Source of the DNA: Candidatus Heimdallarchaeota archaeon
Lineage (GTDB): Archaea > Asgardarchaeota > Heimdallarchaeia > Heimdallarchaeales > Heimdallarchaeaceae
Length of the DNA stretch: 64,000 nucleotides
Direction: 5' to 3'
Assembly: GCA_019057815.1 (NCBI GenBank)
Contig: JAHLWR010000002.1
Location: forward strand, 68,902-132,901
Part shown: one piece after another, positions 19,372 through 29,413 of the stretch
How the letters are laid out: each line of letters opens with the position of its first letter
Numbering within the stretch: the first letter of the stretch is position 1
Notes under the pieces: generated by a model
What the model saw: only the letters and a program-made list of their open reading frames with translations
The model's database searches: none
What the model was told of the DNA's origin: nothing
Translations under genes and position numbers: made by a program

Positions 19372-19592
19372 CTATATTTAGTTTTACAGTAAAACCAGAC
19401 TTCATTTTTTCTAATATATGATTCTAAGCTTTTTGTATTAATATTTATCAATATGTTGAAAAAAACTAGGTCGCTTAAACGATTATCTCCTAATCTTCCT
19501 CAACTCTAAACCTTTTTAGTCCCGGTACTTTAAAAGACTTCATATTTAACACAAATTACTTTAATGGGCAACAGCAGTAAGATTGAGGACAA

Positions 19593-20282
19593 ATGAAAAA
19601 AATAGGCATAGTTGGCGGATTAAGTGCTGAATCAACTATTGAATATTATAAAATACTAATCAGAGAGTATAATAAACAAATGGGAGGAGCTTCATCTCCA
19701 TTATTAGTTATTGATAGCCTCAATCTTGAAATAGTCAGAAATTTGATGGTAAACAATAATTGGGATGAGGTTTACTCTACTATCCTCTCATCAGTGAGAA
19801 ATCTTGAAAAAGCAGGGGCTGGCATAATAATTATTGCTACAAATACAATTCATAAAATATACGAACAACTATCCAATGTCATCAAAACCCCTATAATTAG
19901 CATCATGGATGCAACTGCAGAAACTATAAAGAAAAAAAAACTAAAAAAAATAGGATTATTAGGGACGATCTTTACTATGCAAGATGATTTTTATCCTCTA
20001 GCATTTGCTAAATATGACTTAGAAATCATACCCCCATCAGAAAAAGATCAAGAATATATTAACAAGGTTATCTGGGAAGAATTAACACACAACATCCTGA
20101 AGGAAGAATCAAGAACAAGGTTTCTAGAAGTGATTAAAAGATTACAAGCTAAAGGTGCAGAAGGAGTGATATTAGGTTGCACAGAGATTCCCTTACTCAT
20201 AAAACAAGAGGATTGTAATATTCCAGTCTTTGACACTACAACAATACACGCTTTAGCAGTTTTGAAGAAAGCAATAGAATAA
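19593..20282 (+). CDS. Aspartate/glutamate racemase family protein
   Basis: It shows the Asp_Glu_race pattern (MKKIGIVGGLSAEST...GCTEIPLL). Confidence 0.7.
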   Translation: MKKIGIVGGLSAESTIEYYKILIREYNKQMGGASSPLLVIDSLNLEIVRNLMVNNNWDEVYSTILSSVRNLEKAGAGIIIIATNTIHKIYEQLSNVIKTPIISIMDATAETIKKKKLKKIGLLGTIFTMQDDFYPLAFAKYDLEIIPPSEKDQEYINKVIWEELTHNILKEESRTRFLEVIKRLQAKGAEGVILGCTEIPLLIKQEDCNIPVFDTTTIHALAVLKKAIE

Positions 20283-20327
20283 GAAAAAGAGATTATTTAT
20301 TTGTCCATCTCACCCTTTATATCTTTC

Positions 20328-20741
20328 TCACTGCAAATCTTCTTCTTCCTCTACTTTCGTTTGAAGCTTGATGGTTTCTGCCAAACTATACATTCGATCC
20401 AAAATAGACTTTGCTCCAATCCCTTTTAGCATCAGAGCATATTTTTGGGTTAGAAAGAATCCTCTAAGCTTGAACCACGAAGTTGTAACCAACACAGGTA
20501 CAACGCTTTTTTTAAGGACACATTGATGCTTACCTTTTTTGAGCTTCTCAGCAAGTCCTATTTTTCCACATTTTAAACAGAACTTCCATTTTGCTGATCT
20601 CTTGTATAGTGAATTAAAAGTCTCCTTATAGGCTAAAAAGCCTTCTGTAAAAGTAACAGACCATAATCCCATAATATAGTTTTTTGCTATAAGTCTGATT
20701 TTGGATTTATCTAAATCTGTTATATCTGGCAAAAAATTCAA
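20328..20741 (-). CDS. Hypothetical protein
   Basis: This is an ORF with a possible CxxC...C zinc-binding motif and no recognisable domain. Confidence 0.3.
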   Translation of the reverse strand: MNFLPDITDLDKSKIRLIAKNYIMGLWSVTFTEGFLAYKETFNSLYKRSAKWKFCLKCGKIGLAEKLKKGKHQCVLKKSVVPVLVTTSWFKLRGFFLTQKYALMLKGIGAKSILDRMYSLAETIKLQTKVEEEEDLQ

Positions 20742-20842
20742 CTCTAATACTTATCCACTTTTTTTGTGTCTTTAACACTTATTAATTTTATCTCACTTCG
20801 AAAAACATAACTGCTGTTTCTATGAAACGCATTTTTTGAAAT

Positions 20843-22570
20843 TCAACCTGTATATTTGTAAATTACTGCTCTTGTATCTATCTCATGGACAATACTGTAA
20901 TTATAAGGTATAAGAATATCGTTAATCTGTGTTGAATTCACATTATCAAGTGATGTTGAAACCACATAGTTATATATTTCATATTTAACAGAGATTAATA
21001 CTCTTAAATTTACCCATTTTGTGTTTTGATGGACAAAAGGAACTGTTTCAAGTGAGATATTCTTGTGCAAATAGCTGTACATTTTGCCATGATACCAAGG
21101 CTCTAAAACAATGACACCTATAGAATCTTCTTGTTGTCCCACGTATGCTAAAGCTCGTGCTATTTCATCTCTTTCTTGCCAATAAGTGACTGATGCTGAG
21201 TAAATATTTGCTATTGAAGCAAGTAGGATTAATATTGTTATCAGTATGGTTGCAATATTCTCTTTTGTTATCTTTTCTTTAAATCGATTTTTTATTGTTT
21301 TATTCTCTTCTTTCAGTTTCAGTTTTTTAACTGTTTTGAATATTAACTTACTCAAGTATTCTACAATAATGACACTTATTATAGCTGTACAAATATGAAG
21401 GTAAATCGTCCCAAAATATACAAATCTGAATTCTTTATGTATTTGAAGAGAATAAAGAATATATATAAAAAGAGCAGCAAAAAGATAGGTTCCTGTAATT
21501 TTTGTTTTGAGCCAATTTTTCCTTCCTTTAATTTTCTTTTTCTTCCAATCAACATAAGTTAAGAGTGCGAAACCAATACAACAGAATAGGTAGCCAATAA
21601 TTATTAGAAAACCTGAAACAGCTGTAAAATAGAAATAGAAAGGCGCAGTGCCGAAGTATTCAGCATGTCCTTCTATAATGTTAAATTTGAACCAATGAAT
21701 TGGAGAAACAAGAAATTCTTCATAGAATAATAAATCCACCATTCCTCCCAATAAGAAGGCACAGACAAAACCTAAGAATTGACTTAACAGAGCTTTCAAT
21801 CGCTTGTAGGGGAAATTGAATATTAGAAGTGCAACAAGTCCAATAATCAAATCCATACGTATATACAAGATTAGACCGATGAAGAAGCTGAGGAAGAAGA
21901 TTTTAAAATATTGTTTAAATTCAAAAGCTTTTTTGCATCTGATAAACAGAAATTTCGAATCGGTATTAAATGACGCTTTTTTGTTTGTTAATTTATCTAT
22001 AGTATTCCAATATAGATATATGCTGAAAAACACCCAAGGAACAAAAAAGAAGTTTGTTATACTTCGAAAAGATTCAAACATGATAAGAGGAGAGAAGGAT
22101 ACTATAAATGTCGATAAAAAGGCGTACATTTTATTTCCACCTGTACTTTTTTTAACCAACAAATAAGTAGAAGGAGTTATTAAACATCCATTCAACGCCA
22201 TAAGAATTCGAATTACGGGTATTGTAAAGGTCCAATAATTCCAGTTAAACCATTTGCCAATTAACATAGGAAGTGTGAAAATAAAAGGAAATATAGGTGA
22301 TCTACTTTTAGCATAATTAGTGAACGAAGAATGTTCTAACCTATACTCAGGGGGAATGTGCCCATAACCATAAACCATATTATGAGCCATTTCTAAGCTT
22401 TGAAATACTTCATCTGAATAAACATGTCCCCAAGTATTTAGCGCAAAGTAGGACTGCAAAATGAGAGAGATAAGAGTAAGGAGGAGAAGAGCTATTACTT
22501 CTTTATTTCTGTAACAAAATTGCGTTATGTCCCTTTTCCTTATTTTTTTTACATTCTGTAGTAGATTCAT
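20843..22570 (-). CDS. GT-C fold glycosyltransferase, GT22-like (Alg9/Alg12/PIG-B-type mannosyltransferase homolog)
   Basis: It is polytopic (about 12 TM helices). The N-terminal luminal-loop motif HVYSDEVFQSLEMAH resembles the GT22 signature HxxPDEyFQSxE. Confidence 0.5.
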   Translation of the reverse strand: MNLLQNVKKIRKRDITQFCYRNKEVIALLLLTLISLILQSYFALNTWGHVYSDEVFQSLEMAHNMVYGYGHIPPEYRLEHSSFTNYAKSRSPIFPFIFTLPMLIGKWFNWNYWTFTIPVIRILMALNGCLITPSTYLLVKKSTGGNKMYAFLSTFIVSFSPLIMFESFRSITNFFFVPWVFFSIYLYWNTIDKLTNKKASFNTDSKFLFIRCKKAFEFKQYFKIFFLSFFIGLILYIRMDLIIGLVALLIFNFPYKRLKALLSQFLGFVCAFLLGGMVDLLFYEEFLVSPIHWFKFNIIEGHAEYFGTAPFYFYFTAVSGFLIIIGYLFCCIGFALLTYVDWKKKKIKGRKNWLKTKITGTYLFAALFIYILYSLQIHKEFRFVYFGTIYLHICTAIISVIIVEYLSKLIFKTVKKLKLKEENKTIKNRFKEKITKENIATILITILILLASIANIYSASVTYWQERDEIARALAYVGQQEDSIGVIVLEPWYHGKMYSYLHKNISLETVPFVHQNTKWVNLRVLISVKYEIYNYVVSTSLDNVNSTQINDILIPYNYSIVHEIDTRAVIYKYTG

Positions 22571-22821
22571 TTCTAGCCTTCCAACTAGTAGAAATTGATT
22601 CTTATTGATATACTAATTCTTGATTTGCGGTTTAAGCAGAAATTCTATCTTTAAAAAATTTCCTTAAAGAATAGACAATCCAACTCAATGAGAAGAATTT
22701 ATTAACGGATAATATTTCAAAATTTGTAGTTTGAAAAAAGCTCGAAAAGGTAAAGTTCACACCTGAGCTTTCTAACTTGAGTTAATAGAAAAAAACATGC
22801 AAAAAGAAGAGGATAATTTCA

Positions 22822-24459
22822 TTGTCGAGCAACATCATTGTATCAGAAAAAATTGAACCTGCTCCAATTGATCAGATTCGATCTGTTAGAGGGGAAATGG
22901 AAATTTCAAGCTCATTCCAGAGTTACCTTATTGACGAATCGAAAATTAGTGGCGGTCACGCAGATTGGTTATTCTTTCCTAAAACCGAAAGTGATCTTGT
23001 CACTATTATTGATAAAATGGGAAGGGAAAACCATCAGATTACTATCTCTGCGGCCAGGACAGGTATAGTAGGAAGTGCAGTACCATTTGGGGGAGCAGCT
23101 GTTTCCTTGGAAAGAATGGATAAGATATTTGGGCTTGGATTTGATGAAGAAGTAGGAAAATGGTTTTTGAGGATACAACCTAGTTTATCATTAGATCAGA
23201 TTAATGAGATTGTAAAACTGAAGAAACTTGAAGACCATCATAGTATTCCACTAGAGAAAAACTGGGTTGAAAAATTCAAAGAAGACTGTACACATTATTA
23301 TCCAATGGATCCAACAGAAATGACTGCTTCGATAGGAGGTACAATTAGTGCAAATGCATCTGGTGCGCGTTCATTCAAATATGGTGCTACAAGAAATTGG
23401 ATTAAACGTATAAGAGTCATTCTTGGAACGGGAGAAGTTTTAGTTATTCCAAGAGGGAAATATAGAGCTAAAGATGGCGAATTTGTAATTAAAACTGCAG
23501 GAAAAGAGTTAATAGTAAAAATACCAACGTATAAGATGCCAACAGCAAAAAACGCAGCAGGGTTATATGCCAAACCTGATATGGATTTGATCGATCTTTT
23601 TATTGGCTCTGAAGGTATTTTTGGGATAATAACTGAAGCTGATATCTGGTTGAAAGAATATACATCTCAAATGTCCTGTGTAGCATTTTTCAATGATGAG
23701 TTAGATTCTCTCAAATTCGTTGATTTCCTACGAAACAATAAAAAAGTAGATCCTGAATTTGTTGAAATCTTTGATTGTAACGCCTTGAATCTTCTAAGGA
23801 ACAAACAAAAAGAAGACCCTAAGTTTGTAGATATGCCCGATATATCTGAGGAAGCAACCACAGCTATATCATTTGACTTATCATATTCAGAAGAAGACAT
23901 GATGGAAAAATTCAACATTTTATCAGAAATGCTTGAAAAATGCAATTCATCTCTTGAAAAGACTTGGTGTGGATATGAAGAAAGAGAACTAGAACGGTTC
24001 AAACATTTCAGACATGCTGTTCCAGAGATGGTAAATAATATCATTGCTGAACGAAAGAAAAAGTTTCCTGAAATTCATAAACTAGGTACGGATATGTCTG
24101 TAGAAGATCAACATTTAACCGATATTATGCATTTTTATCATAAAGCACTCAAAGAGGAGGGTCTAGAATATGTTATTTGGGGGCACATAGGTGATAATCA
24201 TGTCCACGTCAACATTTTACCAAAGAACATGGTAGAGTTGGAATTGGGTAAACAACTTTACAAGAAATTCGCTAAAAAAGCAGTTGAATACGGTGGATCC
24301 GTCTCAGCTGAGCATGGAATTGGGATAATCAAACACGAATATCTAGAAATAATGTATGGTGAGGTGGGTATTAATCAAATGCGAGCTGTAAAATGTAAAT
24401 TAGATCCCAACTGTATCATAAATTGTGACAAAATCTTTTCAAGGAGTAAATGTATATGA
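22822..24459 (+). CDS. FAD-linked oxidase (LctD/GlcD-like), paralog B; first gene of the etfBA operon
   Basis: Its FAD-binding and C-terminal domains match those of paralog A. Its stop codon overlaps the etfB start. Confidence 0.7.
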   Translation: MSSNIIVSEKIEPAPIDQIRSVRGEMEISSSFQSYLIDESKISGGHADWLFFPKTESDLVTIIDKMGRENHQITISAARTGIVGSAVPFGGAAVSLERMDKIFGLGFDEEVGKWFLRIQPSLSLDQINEIVKLKKLEDHHSIPLEKNWVEKFKEDCTHYYPMDPTEMTASIGGTISANASGARSFKYGATRNWIKRIRVILGTGEVLVIPRGKYRAKDGEFVIKTAGKELIVKIPTYKMPTAKNAAGLYAKPDMDLIDLFIGSEGIFGIITEADIWLKEYTSQMSCVAFFNDELDSLKFVDFLRNNKKVDPEFVEIFDCNALNLLRNKQKEDPKFVDMPDISEEATTAISFDLSYSEEDMMEKFNILSEMLEKCNSSLEKTWCGYEERELERFKHFRHAVPEMVNNIIAERKKKFPEIHKLGTDMSVEDQHLTDIMHFYHKALKEEGLEYVIWGHIGDNHVHVNILPKNMVELELGKQLYKKFAKKAVEYGGSVSAEHGIGIIKHEYLEIMYGEVGINQMRAVKCKLDPNCIINCDKIFSRSKCI

Positions 24460-25259
24460 AAATTGTAGTATTAGTGAAACAAGTTCCTGAAGCTGATAAA
24501 GTAGCTGTCGACCCTGAAACAGGCACTTTAATTCGAGAGGGTATCACTTCTATACTCAATCCTTACTGTGAATACGCACTGGATGAAGCTGTAAAGCTTA
24601 AAAATACTCATCCTGAAGAAAATATTGAAATTATTACTATAAGTATGGGACCTCCTCAAACTAAGATGGCTCTACTTAGATGTTTAGAATTAGGCGCGGA
24701 TAAAGCATACCTTCTATCAGATCGGAAATTTGCTGGTTCTGATGTGTGGGCTACTTCAACAGCATTAAAAGAGGGAGTTGTAAATCTTGAACCCGAATTT
24801 GATTTGATCTTAGCAGGTAAACAAGCTATAGACGGTGATACAGCTCAAGTCCCAGCAGAGATAGCTGAACAACTTGGAGTTCCTCAGATAACTTATGGTG
24901 TGAAAGTTCAAATTGTTGATAAAAAAGTAGAAGTGAAACGAGAAATTGAAACTGGTTATCAGATCGTATCAGCGAGAATGCCAGCTCTTGTAACAATGAG
25001 TAAAGGCTCCAATATACGACGAATTCCTTCGATGAAAGAGGTTTTAAACGCCAGAAAGAAACCATTGGAAGTTCTAACAGCAGATGATATTGGTATTGAC
25101 GAAAATAAAGTAGGATTAAAAGCTTCACCAACTCAAGTAGCGAGAATTTTTGCTCCACCTGAAAAGGTTGGTGGAGAAATAATTGATGGAAGTGACCATA
25201 TTGTAGCTGCTAAAAATCTTCTCGAATTTCTGATCGTGAATAATTATATTAAGGAGTGA
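24456..25259 (+). CDS. etfB: Electron transfer flavoprotein beta subunit
   Basis: It begins with the canonical EtfB N-terminus MKIVVLVKQVPE. An aaggagt Shine-Dalgarno-like sequence lies 9 nt upstream of the ATG at 24456, which overlaps the upstream stop codon (the ORF track start at 24450 is less likely). Confidence 0.85.
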   Translation: MKIVVLVKQVPEADKVAVDPETGTLIREGITSILNPYCEYALDEAVKLKNTHPEENIEIITISMGPPQTKMALLRCLELGADKAYLLSDRKFAGSDVWATSTALKEGVVNLEPEFDLILAGKQAIDGDTAQVPAEIAEQLGVPQITYGVKVQIVDKKVEVKREIETGYQIVSARMPALVTMSKGSNIRRIPSMKEVLNARKKPLEVLTADDIGIDENKVGLKASPTQVARIFAPPEKVGGEIIDGSDHIVAAKNLLEFLIVNNYIKE

Positions 25260-25264
25260 ATAAA

Positions 25265-26488
25265 ATGTTGAAAGTAGATTATGAAGCTTGTACAGGATGT
25301 AAAGTCTGTGAAAAAGTTTGCCCTTTTGCTGCTATTATAGTTGTTCCTGAAACTAAGAAAGCAAAAGTGTTGGACACTTGCACTCTCTGTGGAACTTGTG
25401 TTAATGCGTGTAAATTTGAAGCTTTAAGTATAGAAAGGAGAGCTATATCTGAAGAAGAATTAGCAAAGTTTTCGGGTGTTTTCGTTTGGGGAGAATGGGA
25501 GAAAAAAGAAGATAGTAATAAAATCAAAAGAGTTGTCCTTGAACTTTTAGGTAAAGGAAGAGAACTTGCAGAAAAATTGGGTGAAACACTTTCTGTTATC
25601 TTACCAGGTTACAACGTTGAACATTTAATTCCTGAGTTATTCCACCATGGAGCAGATAAAGTCTATCTTTGTGACCATGTACTTCTGGAGCAATATACAA
25701 CCGATGGTTATGCAACAACAATTTCCAGCGTTATAGCCACAGAAAAACCCTCAATTGTTCTTTATGGTGCAACACCAAATGGAAGAGATTTAGCTCCAAG
25801 AATAGCAGCTAGACTAGCTTTAGGTTTAACAGCTGATTGTACTGGTTTAGATATTAACGAATCTCGCCAATTACTTCAAACAAGACCAGCTTTTGGAGGA
25901 AATATCATGGCATCAATTCTATCACCATATACTCGACCCCAAATGTCTTCAGTTCGACCTAATGTATTTTCTAAATCAAATCCTGATTCTTCTCGTACAG
26001 GAGATATTGTAAGAGTGAACGTAAATTTAAATCGTATTACTATAAGAACGAAAATAGTTGAAGAAATAGTTTCTCAGGATGATTCAATAAATATTGAAGA
26101 AGCTAAAGTACTTGTATCTGCTGGTAAAGGTATTGGAGACAAAGAAAACCTAAAGTTAATTGAGGAATTAGCTCAAGAACTTAATGGAACAGTATCTGGA
26201 TCGCGAGCGTTAGTGGATTTAGGATGGATTCCACACCCTCAACAAGTGGGGCAATCAGGAAAGACAGTTGCACCAACTCTGTATCTAGCTCTTGGAATTT
26301 CAGGTGCTATTCAACATCTTGTAGGAATGAGTGCTTCTGATACTATAATATCAATAAATAACGACCCAGAAGCAGCAATTTTTAAAGTGTCAGACTTTGG
26401 AATTGTGGGAAACATGTTTGATATTGTACCTGAGTTCATTAAACAATTAAAAGAGTACAAACGAGTACAAACGGAAAAACCTGGATAA
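25265..26488 (+). CDS. etfA: Electron transfer flavoprotein alpha subunit with an N-terminal 2x[4Fe-4S] ferredoxin domain (FixB/LctC-type)
   Basis: It has two CxxCxxCxxxCP-like clusters (CTGCKVCEKVCP, CTLCGTCVNAC) followed by the EtfA FAD-binding domain. A Shine-Dalgarno-like aaggagtg lies before the ATG at 25265 (the ORF track lists a GTG start at 25256). Confidence 0.85.
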   Translation: MLKVDYEACTGCKVCEKVCPFAAIIVVPETKKAKVLDTCTLCGTCVNACKFEALSIERRAISEEELAKFSGVFVWGEWEKKEDSNKIKRVVLELLGKGRELAEKLGETLSVILPGYNVEHLIPELFHHGADKVYLCDHVLLEQYTTDGYATTISSVIATEKPSIVLYGATPNGRDLAPRIAARLALGLTADCTGLDINESRQLLQTRPAFGGNIMASILSPYTRPQMSSVRPNVFSKSNPDSSRTGDIVRVNVNLNRITIRTKIVEEIVSQDDSINIEEAKVLVSAGKGIGDKENLKLIEELAQELNGTVSGSRALVDLGWIPHPQQVGQSGKTVAPTLYLALGISGAIQHLVGMSASDTIISINNDPEAAIFKVSDFGIVGNMFDIVPEFIKQLKEYKRVQTEKPG

Positions 26489-26517
26489 ATAGATACCAGA
26501 AAGAAGACAAGTTAAAA

Positions 26518-26988
26518 TTAGAGAGTTATGCCTTCAGTATTTACCGAGGCTACACCATCGATACGCTCTATTTCATTTTTAATGGTATCAATAGAGACAT
26601 CCTGTAATTCTTTTGTATCGATATAACCTTCATAAACACAACTATTTTGGGTAAAACATAAACCCGTACTATAGAGAGTATTTACTCCAAAGTCGGAGAA
26701 AATTGTTCCCATTCTACGTAGAAAATCTGGTGAAAGTTTTTCAATATTTATATTGAATTTGACTACTTCTTGACTTTCAGTTGGTATAATTCTTATTGTT
26801 CTAGTATTTGGGGCAAGAATGATCACTGCTTGTTCAGATTTACTTGGTTTTATAGCGTCTATAAATTCTTTAGGTAATCCAAATTCTTTATCAGTATCCA
26901 ATTTTGTTACTTTTGCGATGGTTACGCTGGGATATTCACTCATTTTGTTTTTCTCCTTATGATAATAATGAACAAAATCATCTAACAC
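26518..26988 (-). CDS. Hypothetical protein (possible AbrB/SpoVT-like N-terminus plus ACT-like C-terminus)
   Basis: The domain assignment rests on weak pattern resemblance only. Confidence 0.3.
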   Translation of the reverse strand: MLDDFVHYYHKEKNKMSEYPSVTIAKVTKLDTDKEFGLPKEFIDAIKPSKSEQAVIILAPNTRTIRIIPTESQEVVKFNINIEKLSPDFLRRMGTIFSDFGVNTLYSTGLCFTQNSCVYEGYIDTKELQDVSIDTIKNEIERIDGVASVNTEGITL

Positions 26989-27161
26989 TTTTAATTTGAC
27001 ATAATAGTTTAAAGCGTACCCATAAAAAAACTTTGTTCAATTATAGAGAGTCAACCTGAATTTCAAATAGAAAGTACTTTTCTTTGTAATATTCTCTGAT
27101 ATGCAACATTTTCACTTTCTCATTACAAAAACAACTTAAATGAATAAAAAAATCTGTTCTT

Positions 27162-27821
27162 GTGTTTCGTAGTAGATTAGCTATCAGTTCAAAAGATTAT
27201 TATTCATGCGAGATAACAAAAAGGATCCCAGTTAGAGTTTCAATTTTAGCAGTAAACGGAGCAGAGGGAATGGCTGTATATCAAGCGTTGGATAATAATG
27301 AAAATTCACTTGAACAATATGTCAAAGAGATGGAACAATCAGAACAAATTGTAGATATTAAAATAACTCAAAAATCTTCAACAGATTATTGGACACGTGT
27401 TCAACACAAACTTGATTATCCCTCAATCTATGAAACGATTCTTGAAAGTGGGAGTATGACTATTTTACCAATTATTATTGAAAATGGCGTTCAATACCAC
27501 GATATACTGTCTCCTACACCAGATTCTTTACGACATTTACTAGTGAAATTAAAGAAACGATTTTCATCAATTAAAATCAAATCACTCTCATCAGAGCTGA
27601 CAGAATTAACAGCGAATATTTCTAATTTTCTTACAAAAAAGCAGTTAGAAGTAATAAAAATAACATATAGAAATGGTTACTATGACATTCCACGAAAAAG
27701 TACTCTTGAAGAGCTATCAAAAAAAATTGGTATAAAACGTGTTGCCTTTCAAGAAAGACTAAGAAGAGCAGAAAAAAGAATTATTGAACATTATATGGAA
27801 AATTATCAGTTTAATTATTGA
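27162..27821 (+). CDS. Transcriptional regulator with a C-terminal HTH_10 (bacterio-opsin-activator-type) domain
   Basis: The segment KQLEVIKITYRNGYYDIPRKSTLEELSKKIGIKRVAFQERLRRAEKRII matches the Bat-type HTH pattern. Confidence 0.55.
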   Translation: MFRSRLAISSKDYYSCEITKRIPVRVSILAVNGAEGMAVYQALDNNENSLEQYVKEMEQSEQIVDIKITQKSSTDYWTRVQHKLDYPSIYETILESGSMTILPIIIENGVQYHDILSPTPDSLRHLLVKLKKRFSSIKIKSLSSELTELTANISNFLTKKQLEVIKITYRNGYYDIPRKSTLEELSKKIGIKRVAFQERLRRAEKRIIEHYMENYQFNY

Positions 27822-28761
27822 TACTCATAACTTCTTCTTTTTTCGGTTTTGTTCGTAATATTTGGACTAATAAAGCGGAAATTCCCAGAATAACTAAACC
27901 AACCCATTCAAGTGGTTTTGGCCTTTCACCAAGGAAAATCACTGCGAGAAAAGTGATCTGAATTAACATTGTATTATTAATAATAGTTATCTCAAGGGCT
28001 CTTAATTTTTGCATTACTTTATTCCATAGAGTAAAAGCGATGGCAGTATTTACTATACTTAACCAGAGGATGTAGACAATGGCAGTAATAGATATCGTAG
28101 GAATGCCTTCTATTATTAATCCAGTTATCAACAGCACTATAGATCCTATAAACATGCTAATTGCAGTTACAATAAGTGGAGAGGCCGTTTTAGATTTGTT
28201 AATATTCCTTCCAAATATAGCAGACACAGAGTTAGTAACAACCCCAAAACCAACTACTAAAAGACCAATAAGCGTGGTATTTGAATAATTAATATCCATC
28301 AAGGGGATGAAATATACTAGTGTACCAGTGAGAGCTAATAGGATAAAAAATAGCTGCAAAGCGTTAGGTCTTTCTTTAATTAAAAGAATACCAAGAATCA
28401 TAGCAATTATTGGAGTAAAACTTAGAAGTAAACTAACTGTAATAGCAGGTAGATACAAAAGTCCAAAATATTGAGTTCCTTGAGTAAGAGTGAAGAAAAT
28501 TATTCCATATCCAGCTAATTTACCCCACCAATTTAAGGGCAAATTCCTTATAGCTGATCTATTTTGAGACGAACATAGAACTACTAATACGAGAATTGTA
28601 GCAGCAAGTACGTACCTAATGCCTGCAAAGGTTAAGGGGGGAAGATTTTCTTTTTCCAGCCCAAATTTGATTAATAGCCACGAAGAAGACCATAGTATTG
28701 TGACAAAGAATGCTAATAAAATGTAAAAGCTACGATGCTGGAATAGCTGTTTGTAGTTCAT
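27811..28761 (-). CDS. EamA/DMT-family transporter
   Basis: It has 10 TM helices with a duplicated EamA-like topology. Confidence 0.7.
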   Translation of the reverse strand: MNYKQLFQHRSFYILLAFFVTILWSSSWLLIKFGLEKENLPPLTFAGIRYVLAATILVLVVLCSSQNRSAIRNLPLNWWGKLAGYGIIFFTLTQGTQYFGLLYLPAITVSLLLSFTPIIAMILGILLIKERPNALQLFFILLALTGTLVYFIPLMDINYSNTTLIGLLVVGFGVVTNSVSAIFGRNINKSKTASPLIVTAISMFIGSIVLLITGLIIEGIPTISITAIVYILWLSIVNTAIAFTLWNKVMQKLRALEITIINNTMLIQITFLAVIFLGERPKPLEWVGLVILGISALLVQILRTKPKKEEVMSINN

Positions 28762-28994
28762 TATGCTTAACCTAAGCCACGTTTTTTTGGTATGCTATGT
28801 GAACATCCATCCATTCTAACATTCTCTCTGAAAATAAAAGAACTTTCACATGTCCTATGACGGAGATTTTTATATCAACCATAGAATTTGAAGTTAATGA
28901 AATGAGTGATGAGCAACAAACGGTGTGAAGAACAACCATCTTCTGTTGGATAAATGTAAAAAAGAAGGGAAGAGTAAAGAAGTACTTCTTATAT

Positions 28995-29285
28995 CTAAGG
29001 AATATATTTTAGGTTATCTAGGTATTCTATAACTCCAGGTGGACCTCTTCTTATTCCATATGCTCTAAAGGATTTGACAGTCTTAGATATAAGCTCTATA
29101 TCTACATCGTCAGCTATTTTCACCATACCCATGGCAAAAATTTTGATCTTACGACCTTCTTTAAGAGCTTTTTCAAATACTTCTCTGGATAGAATAAAAG
29201 CTCCAATTCCTACAAAATAGCTTCTATCTTTCGCGTGTTCTTCTGTTAATGCCTTAAAAATAGAGTCATTTTTACCTATCTGCTC
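28995..29285 (-). pseudogene. Start-less 96-codon ORF; either the C-terminal part of a frameshifted RHH regulator or a gene with a non-canonical start
   Basis: The open frame EQIGKNDSIFKALTEEHAKDRSYFVG...GPPGVIEYLDNLKYIP has no ATG, GTG or TTG near its 5' end. It overlaps the RHH ORF by 10 nt in the -1 frame. Confidence 0.3.
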
Positions 29286-29413
29286 TTAGCAGCTATTCGA
29301 AGAAATTCCGCTCTTGAATTATAAAAACCCTGGGAAACTAAAAAATCCATCTTTCCCAAATCAACTACAGGTAAATTCACGGTTATTTTCTCGTAGTTCT
29401 TGTCAGTTGTCAT
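29276..29413 (-). CDS. Ribbon-helix-helix (CopG/NikR-N-like) DNA-binding protein of 45 aa
   Basis: The translation is MTTDKNYEKITVNLPVVDLGKMDFLVSQGFYNSRAEFLRIAAKSR. It carries the classic RHH beta-strand-helix-helix pattern (KITVNLP...L...D.LV..G.Y.SR.EF.R.A). It is absent from the ORF track because it is shorter than 60 aa. Confidence 0.45.
   Translation of the reverse strand: MTTDKNYEKITVNLPVVDLGKMDFLVSQGFYNSRAEFLRIAAKSR

Noticed and set aside
19932-19955. A9 and A8 homopolymer runs inside the aspartate racemase coding sequence
   Set aside because: They encode a lysine run (KKKKLKK) that is typical of this AT-rich proteome. Without population data there is no evidence of phase variation.
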